Part shown: positions 45,813-55,384 of the stretch, in pieces | Layout of the letters: each line of letters starts with the position of its first letter | Position numbering within the stretch: position 1 is the first letter of the stretch | Assembly: GCA_963707985.1 (NCBI GenBank) | Contig: CAVPRW010000021.1 | Span: 1 to 64,000, forward strand | DNA from: an uncultured Nitrospinota bacterium | GTDB taxonomy: Bacteria > Tectomicrobia > Entotheonellia > J063 > CAVPRW01 | Direction: 5' to 3' | DNA length: 64,000 bases | The notes under the pieces: generated by a model | What the model was told of the DNA's origin: nothing | Database searches by the model: none | The model's input: the letters and a program-made list of their open reading frames with translations, nothing else | Translations under genes and position numbers: made by a program

Positions 45813-46163
45813 TTATTCGAGAAGATTTTTCTCTAGCTGAGTCGAAGGGAAGATCATCAGCAGCCGGGCGGGGACCCAGGTGTTATTAATCAGTTTATAG
45901 GGGGTGCCTGGTGGCGCTAGTAAGGTATTACCCGAGCGCACCGTCCGCACCTCATTGCCAACGATCATTTGAATAGAACCTTCAAGCATCATGAAGGCGA
46001 CATCGACAGGGTGGGTTTGCAGCCGCCCTGCCACTCCAGGTTTGATGGTGATCTCTTGAATGGTCAAGGAGGCGGCGCCGTGATCTTTGCTCACGAGCGG
46101 CCGTAGGGTAGAAAATTCGTCACTCTGAAGCACTGGCTGGCTGTTGTGATTGATAATCGGCAT
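45813..46163 (-). CDS. Cupin domain protein
   Basis: ITIKPG...QTHPVD...LEGSI...VRSGNTLLAPPGTPY..IN. Confidence 0.75.
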   Translation of the reverse strand: MPIINHNSQPVLQSDEFSTLRPLVSKDHGAASLTIQEITIKPGVAGRLQTHPVDVAFMMLEGSIQMIVGNEVRTVRSGNTLLAPPGTPYKLINNTWVPARLLMIFPSTQLEKNLLE

Positions 46164-46268
46164 GGGTTGTTTCCCATTAAAAGACAAGACTGAGCGCTGA
46201 GTGCTGGCGATCTGATGCACGGAAACTTCTTGGCTCAGGAGTCTCGGCGCCCAGTGCGGCCCTTTCCT

Positions 46269-47463
46269 TCACTCCACCGTGATCTCGTAGCCCACGATGG
46301 CGTTGAAATTCTTGCGCATATTATTGTAGCGTGGCTGGCGCGGCTGTACACGGCCGACCTCATCCGTGGCACGCGACATGATATGATACTGACCCGGCTG
46401 GGCCTCCCAGGGGAGCGACCAACGCACCCACATCCAGCGCTCCCGCGGCTCTTCAAGATGTGCCGCGTGCCAGGTCTCGCCGCCATCGACGCTCACTTCC
46501 ACTCTCGTGATGGCACCACCGCCGCTCCAGGCCCGGCCGCGTAGAATATGCAGGCCATGTGGCAAGGTGGTCTGATCATCTCGGGGAGAGGTCACGATTG
46601 ATTTAACTCCGATGGTGGTGATCAGCTCTTTATTAGGATCGTTAGGCGAGCTGCCGTAATAATAAAAGTTGTAGTGATACCAGCAATCGGGAGGTTGCTC
46701 GAGCAGTTCGAGGCGGCGAATCCACTTCACCGACCAATTGCCGGACCAGCCGGGCACCACCAAGCGCACGGGAGCCCCGTGCAAGTGTTCCAATAATTCT
46801 CCGTTCATGGCCCAGGCCAGTATCGTATCGGGGTGCAACGCCTTCTCGAGGGGCAGTCCCTTGTCGTAAAAGAAGGGTTTCGTACCTGGGCTGGCGCTGG
46901 CCGGCACCCCCTGATCCCAGCCTTCGGCTCGCACATGCGCCGCCCTTGGACCAAGTCCCGCCTGTTCCAGGACAGCCGCCAGGGGCACGCCCGTGAACTC
47001 TCCGGCGCTGAGGATCATGGCTTCCTCACACCGTAATGGCTTCTGACCCACCCCCTGAAAATACTCGAAGTAATTGGCATCGCTGCCAGAGCACTCCATG
47101 ACGGTGCGCACCGTCCGGGCCGGCAGATGTCGGAGCGTCTCGTAGGTGATCTCCAGCGGACGTTTCACAGCGCCATCGATCGCTGAGGCGCCAATGCTCG
47201 GGTGCCACCGGTTCCGGTACGGCAAAATGCTGTACGACGTAAAACAAATGCGTGGGTGTCATCAGCCCTTCCAGGTCCATGACGGGTGTGCGCACCCTGG
47301 TAATACGACCGTCATCGTCGACGATGGTCTTCGGCTGAGCGACGTTCCGGCTTGGCCATCCCATACTTTGGCCGTTGCCTAGCCCGCCGCTTTGCGTTGT
47401 CGCTCCGCTGGGACCATCCATGCGCAGAAAATCAGGTTCCAATTCTTCCCGCTGCGTCGCCAT
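46269..47463 (-). CDS. Second sulfite oxidase-family molybdoenzyme (frameshift near 47185)
   Basis: TPTHLFYVVQH, TVMECSGS, FTGVPL, LAWAMNGELL..HGAPVRLVVPGWSG..VKW, AWSG, MSRATD. Confidence 0.88.
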
Positions 47464-47572
47464 CCGCGTATTCTCCCGCCTGGGATGATGCCTGTCATTG
47501 CTCTATGTGCGCGCAGGAGCGGGAGTGCAGCCCTCTCCTGGCATGATCGCCTGCCACATCTCCTGACCGTCC

Positions 47573-48151
47573 TTACTCCGGTCGTGTCCGCAAAGCCCGA
47601 TCTTCCACCGTGACGCGTTTCTGGTCCGGGGCGAAACGCAGCGTCTTTTGTTTTTCGACGTCCCCACCGGTGACGCGTAGGAAAAAGCTTCGCTCCGGGT
47701 AGGCGATGGAGTGAATATAGCCGCGCTGCATGGCGATGGCGTGTCCTGGCACGAGTTTCACCTCACGTCCTACCTGAAGATCGGCGTAGCCTTCTTTGCT
47801 GCCATCGTCCAGGCGTTGCCAGATCTGCATATCGGTGTGATTGGTGTACTGGCCATAGACCACCCAGCAGGGGCCATGATCATGTGGACTGGCGCCGCCG
47901 GCTTTCTCGCGTCCGTGCACCAAGACATAGACATCGGTCTCAGGATCGTGATGGATGCAGTGGGTGCCGAAGGGGGGTGAATCGCCGAGATGATCGCGCA
48001 GCAAATTCGGATTCCGCAGCAGCTGCTCCAGGTGTTGACGGACTTCCTCAACGCCTTCGGGGCCTGGTTTATTCTTGAGGCTGCGGCGGGTGTCAGCGAC
48101 AAAATCCTCCAAGCTATAGACTTTTTCCAGCGTTTCGGCTTGCATACTCAT
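47573..48151 (-). CDS. Cysteine/thiol dioxygenase-like cupin protein
   Basis: SPHDHGPCWVVYG...WQRLDDG...IHSI: His triad typical of the CDO-like family. Confidence 0.65.
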   Translation of the reverse strand: MSMQAETLEKVYSLEDFVADTRRSLKNKPGPEGVEEVRQHLEQLLRNPNLLRDHLGDSPPFGTHCIHHDPETDVYVLVHGREKAGGASPHDHGPCWVVYGQYTNHTDMQIWQRLDDGSKEGYADLQVGREVKLVPGHAIAMQRGYIHSIAYPERSFFLRVTGGDVEKQKTLRFAPDQKRVTVEDRALRTRPE

Positions 48152-48227
48152 AAATGTCCTCCTCCCTCGACGACATCAGTCTTTCATCACTCCCTTCTTC
48201 CCCCCCAGCGCGCGTGAGGTGAAGGGT

Positions 48228-49028
48228 CTACGTCTCTTCCACGCTGTAACCCAGCGCGGCAGAAATCTCCCTGGAGACCTTGATGATTTGTGCCCCCAGC
48301 TCTTTCAGCACCTTTGCCGTCAAGCGATGCGACGGCCCCAGCACACTCACAGCCACGATAGTTTGGCCGCTGCGATCGCGGATGGGGGCTGCCACCGCGG
48401 CTGCCCAGGGTGAGCGCTCCCCGATGCTCACGGCGTAGCCGCGCGCCCGTGTCCGGTCGAGCTCAGCTCGTAACGCGTCGAGATCGGTGATCGTCTCCGG
48501 CGTCAGCGGCTCCAACGTCAATGTGGCAAGCACGCGTTCGCGCTCATCGGCAGGCAAAAAGGCCATCAACGCCTTACCTGGCGCCCCCACGTGTAGCGGC
48601 GCCGTCAAGCCCATGGCCTGTGAGTATTTGACCTCCTGGTCGCTCGGCAGCTCCTCGATGCATATGCGCCTGTTCCCCATGCGAATATTCAGGCTGACCG
48701 TCTCATTAGTTGCCTGACGGAGCTGTTCCAGATAAGGGCGACAGAGGCTACGCAGATCTTGCTGGCGCAGGACGATCCAGGCAAGCTCGACCAGAGCCGG
48801 TCCAAGGCTGTAGAGCTGGGTGGTCGGATTGACGACCACCAGCCCCTTCTTCTTCAACATCGAGAGGAGCCGATGCGCTGTACTCTTGTGCAAGCCCAGG
48901 CGTTGGCTGATGTCGACCAGACGCAGTTGGGAATGTTGCAGGTCGAAGCAAAAGAGCACATCGATGGCCTTCTCGATCGAGGATGGCCGTGGTGGTGTCC
49001 GGGTGGGGCGGGGATGCTGGTTTTGCAT
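48228..49028 (-). CDS. IclR family transcriptional regulator
   Basis: SIEKAIDVL, LGLHKSTAHRLL, YSLG, TNETVSL, PLHVGAPGKA, VAAPI. Confidence 0.93.
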   Translation of the reverse strand: MQNQHPRPTRTPPRPSSIEKAIDVLFCFDLQHSQLRLVDISQRLGLHKSTAHRLLSMLKKKGLVVVNPTTQLYSLGPALVELAWIVLRQQDLRSLCRPYLEQLRQATNETVSLNIRMGNRRICIEELPSDQEVKYSQAMGLTAPLHVGAPGKALMAFLPADERERVLATLTLEPLTPETITDLDALRAELDRTRARGYAVSIGERSPWAAAVAAPIRDRSGQTIVAVSVLGPSHRLTAKVLKELGAQIIKVSREISAALGYSVEET

Positions 49029-49040
49029 AGAGAAATCCTC

Positions 49041-49055
49041 TTTCATAATGTGGAA
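49041..49055. promoter_or_regulatory. Possible IclR operator
   Basis: Imperfect 15-bp palindrome TTTCATAATGTGGAA directly upstream of the iclR start. Confidence 0.45.
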
Positions 49056-49259
49056 CAACTATAACGCTGCTGAGGTGAGGCCGTCAAGCGATTTGTGGTG
49101 GAGGGAGCTTAGAGGTTGGCCTTCCAGTCGCTGGTGGTGAAAGGTGTGATCGTATCGGCGGGTACCGGCAGGACGCTCGAATATCACGTACAGAGGTTCT
49201 GAGAGGCGAAGCACGATTTGCAGGATTTCTGTGCACCACTTGAGCAGCTTCGCGGCAGA

Positions 49260-49509
49260 AGGGGAGAAATCGAATCTCCACCTGTTTTCCAAGCGCCGAG
49301 GCGATGCGTCTCAGCATAGCCAGCGAATGTTCCTCATAATCGGCATCTTCCATGCATCAGATCACCGAGGCAGTGGTGCCCACTAGTTTCACCAGTGGCC
49401 GCTGGGTAAGACCGGCTTTGGTGCGAAGATCATAGAGCTTCTGGGCCAGCTCGGCGTCTGCGAGTTCCTCTTCGAGGGAGGCTACTTGCTCGGGATCATT
49501 GCCGATGTA
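49260..49509 (-). pseudogene. XRE/HTH antitoxin-like remnant (internal TGA, 5' end missing)
   Basis: Translates as YIGNDPEQVASLEEELADAELAQKLYDLRTKAGLTQ...TTASVI*CMEDADYEEHSLAMLRRIASALGKQVEIRF. Confidence 0.7.
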
Positions 49510-49787
49510 GCGGATGGTCGACGGCGACAGACGCCGGCGCTCGACGTCCTTTCGCCAAGCAATGACGTGCGCCCGGGTGATGAGACGGAATTCCTCGAGG
49601 CGGTCGATGCCGACAAAGGCGCTGAAGTCGGTAATGTCGAGCTGGTAGGCGCGTCGGGTTTTCGCATTGGGGATGTTCGCAAACCATTCGAGTTCGGGGG
49701 GGGGACCTCGGCGAGGCCTTGGAACTGAGTGGCGGTGAGCGCGCGTGATGCAGGCACGAGACGTGCCGGCATGTTGGCAGTCGACAT
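49510..49787 (-). pseudogene. Tyrosine recombinase N-terminal domain remnant
   Basis: LTATQFQGLAEVPP, frameshift in a G run, then ELEWFANIPNAKTRRAYQLDITDF...TRAHVIAWRK...LSPSTIR. Catalytic domain absent. Confidence 0.75.
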
Positions 49788-49817
49788 GGGTCCCCTCTCG
49801 ATTGTTAGTGTCAGGTT

Positions 49818-50028
49818 TTACCCCGGATAAAAGACATGGCTTATGTTGGATTCCAGGGTCTTACATACCCTGTAATGGACTTAAGAATTTGATATTAAAC
49901 GTATTTTTCCAATGGTGCCGCATCGGTCGCGACCCCCGGGGAAAACTTGTAGAAACAACCTGTTCCGCCAAACTTGACCAATTACGCCCCTGGAATCCAA
50001 CATGAGCCAAAGACATTATCGGGGGTAA
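49818..50028. repeat. 41-bp inverted repeat pair (49818-49858 / 49988-50028), putative recombinase sites
   Basis: 33/41 identity; each copy reads GATAA-N10-T(T/C)ATGTTGGAT. Confidence 0.8.
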
Positions 50029-50054
50029 CGAGGCGAGGGAAATGTTCGATGGTC

Positions 50055-50073
50055 TTGAACTGACGTGCAAGGT
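50055..50073 (+). promoter_or_regulatory. MerR-type operator upstream of the MerR gene
   Basis: TTGAAC-TGAC-GTGCAAGGT; matches the copy at 50561-50579. Confidence 0.6.
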
Positions 50074-50089
50074 TTCCTATCCTAGAGAT

Positions 50090-50509
50090 ATGGAAACCAG
50101 CTACACCATTGGTCAGTTAGCCCGAGCAGCGGGTGTCCCCACATCGACGGTCCGCTATTACGAGCGGGTTGGACTCCTCCAGCCAGCGGGGCGGACAGCT
50201 GGAAATTACCGGCTTTACGGCGAAGAAGCCTTGGAGCGCTTGCGTTTCATCCGCGAGGCGCAGGCCACAGGGTTTCCGCTCGACGACATTACTGCCCTCT
50301 TTCATCTCGGGGACGGGACGACTGACGTTTGTGAAGATGTCCAAGCCCTCATTGAAGATCGCCTCTCGGACCTTGAGAAGCGAATGACCGATTTGCGGCT
50401 CGTCCAGCGCGAGCTGAAAGCCACCCTCAAGCGCTGCCGTGAGACGGAGTGGAGCGGCCACTGCCACGTCATCGATAGGTTGACCGCTGCTTCTGCCTCA
50501 TCCCCGTAA
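50090..50509 (+). CDS. MerR family heavy-metal-responsive regulator
   Basis: YTIGQLARAAGV..STVRYYERVGLL, GNYRLY; three Cys (DVCEDV, KRC, GHCHVI). Confidence 0.92.
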   Translation: METSYTIGQLARAAGVPTSTVRYYERVGLLQPAGRTAGNYRLYGEEALERLRFIREAQATGFPLDDITALFHLGDGTTDVCEDVQALIEDRLSDLEKRMTDLRLVQRELKATLKRCRETEWSGHCHVIDRLTAASASSP

Positions 50510-50554
50510 GACCTGCTCACCATTATTTCCTAGAGAAAAATCTGGCATCTCTCC

Positions 50555-50586
50555 TTGACGTTGAACCCAAGTGCAAGGTGTAGAGT
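50555..50586 (+). promoter_or_regulatory. MerR-type long-spacer promoter
   Basis: TTGACG - 20 bp - TAGAGT, with the dyad TTGAAC-CCAA-GTGCAA in the spacer. Confidence 0.7.
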
Positions 50587-50760
50587 CCCTGCCGTCGCTC
50601 GCGATGTGCTTTGCGATGCACAACGCTCTCTGTGGTGGGATGTCGCTCCTCTTACAGTGTTCTCGCTCAAGTTCCTGGAGGCAAAGATGGTCCCTTCGGG
50701 GACTGGATGCCGTTATACGCTTGAGAGGTGATTGTCGCCCTGATGAAAGAGGTGGTGACT

Positions 50761-51030
50761 ATGACGCAGCAGGAGGACACGATGCGAGCACCCGCGGTGA
50801 TAATATATACGGCTCCCGGGTGCCTTTTCTGTGAGCAAGCGAAAGCATGGCTTTCGGAGGTTGGGATTCCTTATCGCGAGATTGATACCGGTGCCGATGA
50901 GGCGAAGGTGGAGGAGATGATACAGAAAGCGCAAGGCACTTGGATTTTTCCCACCATTGTGATTGGTGAGGAGGTAGGGCTCGGCTTTGACCCTGAGTGG
51001 ATTCAGGTGCAACTGGGGAAACATCCATAG
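50761..51030 (+). CDS. Glutaredoxin/NrdH-like protein
   Basis: IIYTAPGCLFCEQAKAWL, FPTIVIG, GFDP. Confidence 0.85.
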   Translation: MTQQEDTMRAPAVIIYTAPGCLFCEQAKAWLSEVGIPYREIDTGADEAKVEEMIQKAQGTWIFPTIVIGEEVGLGFDPEWIQVQLGKHP

Positions 51031-51054
51031 GGTATGCGCTGGAGGGGGAGCCGA

Positions 51055-51702
51055 ATGACGGAGCCGCATGGAGGCACACGAAACGACATCGTCTCGAGAC
51101 TTGCCAGAGCGCAGTTAGGCCACGAGGAGGACGATGCCCGCAAAGCTATCCTCAGGGGCTTTGCTAAGGCAGGGAGAGCACCGACTGGGCACGAGCTTGC
51201 ACACGTCCTCGGCGTTGCCGTTGAGTCCGTGCGTGAAGCCTGCCGCACGCTTGCAGGGCATGACCTCATCGTCTGGAGGGATGACGAGACGTGTATCGTC
51301 AGTGCATATCCCTTCTCCGGGCTTCCCACAGCACATCAGGTGCTCATAAAAGGCGATAGAACACTCTATGCGATGTGCGCCATTGATGCCCTGGGTATTC
51401 CATTTATGTTGGGCCAAGGGGGACGCATTCAGTCCTCGTGCTTTTTCTGCCAGAAGCCAGTGCACGTAGATATCCGGGATAGCATGGTCTCTGAGGCCAT
51501 GCCCGCGACGATCGTGGTCTGGTTCTCCCATCGGGACGGATGCTGTATTGCGGAGGTGCGATGCCCGCTGATGAATTTCTTTTGCGACGAACCACACCTT
51601 CGGGCATGGCTTCGCGGGGCTTCGGGTGAGCAGGGCAGAGGTCTCAGCCTGAGAGAAGGCATTGATGTTGGAAAGGCAACATTTGTCGGATTGTTGAGGT
51701 GA
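51055..51702 (+). CDS. merB: Alkylmercury lyase (MerB)-family protein
   Basis: N-terminal HTH, SAYPFS..PTAH, YAMCAIDALG (Cys/Asp), CPLMNFF. Confidence 0.8.
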   Translation: MTEPHGGTRNDIVSRLARAQLGHEEDDARKAILRGFAKAGRAPTGHELAHVLGVAVESVREACRTLAGHDLIVWRDDETCIVSAYPFSGLPTAHQVLIKGDRTLYAMCAIDALGIPFMLGQGGRIQSSCFFCQKPVHVDIRDSMVSEAMPATIVVWFSHRDGCCIAEVRCPLMNFFCDEPHLRAWLRGASGEQGRGLSLREGIDVGKATFVGLLR

Positions 51703-51954
51703 GTTCTCGCGGCCTGATGTTTTCCACCCACCCCGACGGTTATCGTGTCAAATTTTCCCTAGGAAGACCGTGTGAGACGGATGTTAGCCCATCCCTGCAA
51801 CGCGTGTGTAGAGCAGCGTGAGCAGCAGTGCGATGACCACGCTGAGGTAGTGGAAGAGTCTAGACCTTGCATCTAGATACATGGTCAATGCAATGGTAGG
51901 GTCGGAAAATTCTCGGTGAGGGTGACGAGGGTGTGGTGCGCGAGGAACTTCCAC

Positions 51955-52500
51955 CTAGCCTTTTCCCTCTGCACGGTTCACGTTGCTGCCATGGTCCGCA
52001 TGTGTGCCACGAAACATCCGCCCGGCCGAGATATTCAAAATGATGCCCAAAGCAATTTTTAGCGCATACGCGGGAACGACGCCGACCAGCATTCCTCCCG
52101 CCACCGCACCGATCACTGAGCCCACGCTCATGGGCGCGACGGTCTGAACTAGAGCCTCACGCTCTGCGAACGCGCCATGGCTCGCATACCGCAGCACCCC
52201 CACGACCACGGTGGGGAGGCTGACCAACAGGCTGCCCGTGCCCGCCGTCTTGATGTCCGCCCCGAACGCAAAGACCAGGGTCGGGATGATCAATTCACCG
52301 CCTGCCACGCCCAGGAGGCTACTCACCAAGCCAATGGCCAGCCCACAGAGCACCCCTACGCCGACGTGCCAGGGGAGATTGGCCGGGAGCAATCCCGGCA
52401 GCTGCTGCGGCAGCAGTCCCTCGATGATGAGGCCGATGCCAATGCACACCAGCAGGATTAGGACGACTCGCTCTAGCCGGGCTTCGGAAAGCCCAGAGGC
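51955..52500 (-). pseudogene. TauE/SafE (TSUP) transporter, C-terminal half only
   Basis: GLVSSLLGVAGGELIIPTL..FGADIKTAGTGSL; first repeat missing. Confidence 0.7.
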
Positions 52501-52563
52501 CAGCGCCGGGCCGGTCTTGGTTCGACATCGCCACCTGAGCCCTCCGCTTCTCGTCATTCAGCC

Positions 52564-53375
52564 TCAGGGGACTAGATGGATCGCCGGCGCTTTGATCAGC
52601 GCGGTCACCCGGTCCCCTTCCTGTAAGGCCAGTTCCTCACATGCCTGTCGCGTCACCAGGGCCGTCAGTGGAAACCCACACGGCAAACTCAAGCGCACCA
52701 TCGGCCCCTCACGGCTGAGGCTGCGAATCTGCCCGGCCAGCCGATTGCGATATCATCCCCTAGGGCCAGCGCTTCCACCCGGTCATGGGTGACGAGGACC
52801 GCAGACATGTCCAGCGCGCGCAGCAGGCGGCGGAGGTCTTGCCGCAGCCGATCCCTGATGGTCGCGTCAAGCGCCGACAGGGGCTTATCCAAGTGCAGCA
52901 TTCGCGGCCGGGGGGCCAGGGCTCTGGCGAGAGCCACACGCTGCGGTTGCCCGCCCGAGAGATGCTTAGGGTAGCGCGCCTCAAGGCCCGCCAGCTGCAC
53001 GAGATCGAGTATGTCGGTGACCCGGCGGCGGCGCTCCGCCCTGGAGAGGCTGGTGAGCCCATAGGCGACGTTCCGCGCTACGGTCAGATGGGGGAAGAGT
53101 GCATACTTTTGAAAGAGGTAGCCGATCCCGCGCCGTTGCGGGGGCAGGAAGATGCCGCGCGCGGCGTCGAACCAGGTGGCCTCCCCGCAATGGATCGTCC
53201 CTGCCTCTGGACGTTCCAGACCCGCCAGGCAGCGCATTACGGTGGTCTTCCCCGACCCGGACGGCCTGAGCAGCACCGTCACCGAAAATCCGTCCATCGG
53301 CTGCCGGAGCTGCGCCCAGATGACCGGTCCACCCGGAAAGCGTTTCTCGAAACGGGCCACGAGTTCGGCCGTCAC
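52564..53375 (-). pseudogene. modC: Molybdate ABC ATPase, degenerate
   Basis: Damaged Walker A (RPSGSGKT), signature (LSGGQPQ) and Walker B (LHLDKP); frameshifted TOBE end IKAPAIHL. Confidence 0.8.
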
Positions 53376-53875
53376 AGGACTGCCACCCGGCGCTGCAAGC
53401 CGTAGGTTACACACAGGATCCCGAAGGACAGCCCCAGGAGGAAGAGGGCCGTGGTGTTGGCTGCGGCATAATTCAACGCCTGTACCTCGTCATAGATAGC
53501 GATGGAGACGGTGAGGGTGACGCCAGGGATGTTGCCGCCCACCATGAGCACCACCCCGAACTCACCGACCGTATGGGCGAAGCTGAGGACCATGCCCGTC
53601 AGCATCCCGGCCCAGGAGAGGGGCAGCACGATCCGCACGAACGTCCGCACCCAGGACACGCCCAGGCATCAGGACGCCTCGACGAGCCGCCAGTCCACCG
53701 CGGCGAACGCGGCGGCGAAGGGCCGCACGGCAAACGGGGAACTATAGAGGAGGGAGGCGATCAGCTGCCCCAGGGGACTGTGCGGACCGATGGCCACGAG
53801 GATATAGAAACCGAGGACCGTAGGCGGCAGCACCAACGGCAACGCCACGACCGCCTCGATGAGAAACTTCCTGCG
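53372..53875 (-). pseudogene. modB: Molybdate ABC permease; truncated, internal deletion and stop codon
   Basis: LPLVLPPTVLGFY..., VEAS*CLG, FAHTVGEFGVVLMVGGNIPG. Confidence 0.82.
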
Positions 53876-54160
53876 CCTTGTCGTAGACCCCCAACGTCTT
53901 CATCGCCGCCTCCGCCACCCGGACCTCTCACGTGCAGCTCCCTGGTGCACCACCCGTGATCACTCCTAAGGCCAGCATCATCATTAGCCTCGCCAGCCAG
54001 GCCAGGCCCCTTACCGGACTCATCCCGTGTCCTCCGCGTCAACATCCGCACACCTTCAGCCGTAATCCACCCGTGCCTACCTATTGCCTCATCTCCAGCG
54101 ACCGTGTCTTCAATAGCAGGCATTATATCATAAATCCTGGACAGTCCTTCGCATGCGCTA

Positions 54161-54181
54161 TTTACGCTTGATAATCCCCTT
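54161..54181 (+). repeat. Left copy of a 21-bp direct repeat (dif-like site)
   Basis: TTTACGCTTGATAATCCCCTT; 19/21 identical to 61233-61253. Confidence 0.6.
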
Positions 54182-54420
54182 ACTCGGCATTAGGGCCCAC
54201 TGAAGAGAATGCCCGATACACGCTCATCAGCGTACGCCTGCGACCTTTCCTGAGCTCTCCGTGGGATGTCCATCGTCACTTCCTGCCAAGCGATCTCAGG
54301 TGACTTCGCGATGATCGCGCGGTTGCCTGCGCTCCCCAGCACTCTTCTCCCGTCTTTGTGTAATTTTTCTTGCAACTTTTGAAAAATATATTACATTCAC
54401 CGTTGATATGGGGGAGGCTA

Positions 54421-55368
54421 ATGACCTGGATCGTGTTTTCCTACTCACTGCCGTCGAAGGCGCAGTCCAGTCCGCGCGTGGCGCTCTGGCGGCGGTTACG
54501 TCGCCTGGGGGCGATCTCGCCCACCGGCGGGGTGCACATCCTACCCGCCCGAGACGAGTGCCTGGAGGCCTTCCAATGGTTGGTCCTGGAGGTCCAACAG
54601 GCGCAGGGGGAGGCCCTGGTGATCCACGCGGAACGGTTCGAAGGGCTAACCGACGCCGACCTCATCGCCCGCTTCCGCCAAGTGCGAGCGGAGGACTATG
54701 AGGCGCTCGAGGCCCAGGCGGCGGCGCTCGAGGAGCGTCTCGCGCGCATACCCGAGGACCGCGCGCACTTGTGGGAGAAGCTGGAGCGGCTGCGCCGTCA
54801 ACACGCCGATATCGCGCGCATCGACTTCTTCGAAGCCCCGGAGGGGAGCCTGGTCGCGTCACGCCTGCTGCACATCGCCCAGGCGCTGGCGCCTGACCAG
54901 TCCTCGGCCGCGGGCCTCGCCCCGGCTGCGATCGACGCCTACCGGGACCGGCGCTGGGTCACCCGGCCGCGCCCGCATGTCGACCGCCTCGCCTGCATCT
55001 GGCTCATCCGGCGGTTCATCGACCCCGCCGCGGTCGTCCGCTACGCGCAGGCGTCCGAGCCCGACGAGGTCGCCTTCGACATGCGCGGGGGGACCTTCGC
55101 CCACCAGGGGGACCTCTGCACGTTTGAAACCATGGTTGCTGCCTTCGGCCTGGAGGACCCCGGCCTGCGCCGCATGGGGGAGATCGTCCACGCCATCGAT
55201 CTGCGCGACGGCCGCTACGCGCACCCTGAGACCGCCGTCATCGACGCCGTCTTGAAGGGCTGGCACCAAATGGGGCTCGCCGACCGGGAACTCGAAGGGC
55301 ACGGCCTGGCCCTCTTTGAAGGGCTCTTCACGTCGTTCGCCCGGGGACGAGCGGACGTCAGACGCTGA
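54421..55368 (+). CDS. chrB: Chromate resistance regulator ChrB
   Basis: RVALWRRLRRLGA, IDFF, WVTRPRPHVDRLACIWLIRRFID, FDM, HQGDLCTFE. Confidence 0.9.
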   Translation: MTWIVFSYSLPSKAQSSPRVALWRRLRRLGAISPTGGVHILPARDECLEAFQWLVLEVQQAQGEALVIHAERFEGLTDADLIARFRQVRAEDYEALEAQAAALEERLARIPEDRAHLWEKLERLRRQHADIARIDFFEAPEGSLVASRLLHIAQALAPDQSSAAGLAPAAIDAYRDRRWVTRPRPHVDRLACIWLIRRFIDPAAVVRYAQASEPDEVAFDMRGGTFAHQGDLCTFETMVAAFGLEDPGLRRMGEIVHAIDLRDGRYAHPETAVIDAVLKGWHQMGLADRELEGHGLALFEGLFTSFARGRADVRR

Positions 55369-55384
55369 AGAAAGGAGGGACCGC

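Noticed and set aside
3790..47463. Frameshifts in xdhA/B, BatA, rlmI, enoyl-CoA hydratase, FtsX permease, AttH, DUF1330, MscS, cyclase and both sulfite oxidases as programmed frameshifting or mass pseudogenisation
   Set aside because: They are isolated small indels in unrelated genes with otherwise intact motifs, most simply sequencing or assembly error. Read polishing would settle it.
49358..49360. In-frame TGA in the XRE remnant (and in modB) as selenocysteine
   Set aside because: Not in a redox motif, and both genes are otherwise decayed.
51739..51752. Half-sites GTTATCGTGTCAAA here and TTATGTTGGG near 61495 as further recombination sites
   Set aside because: No partner arm at the right spacing; too weak to count.
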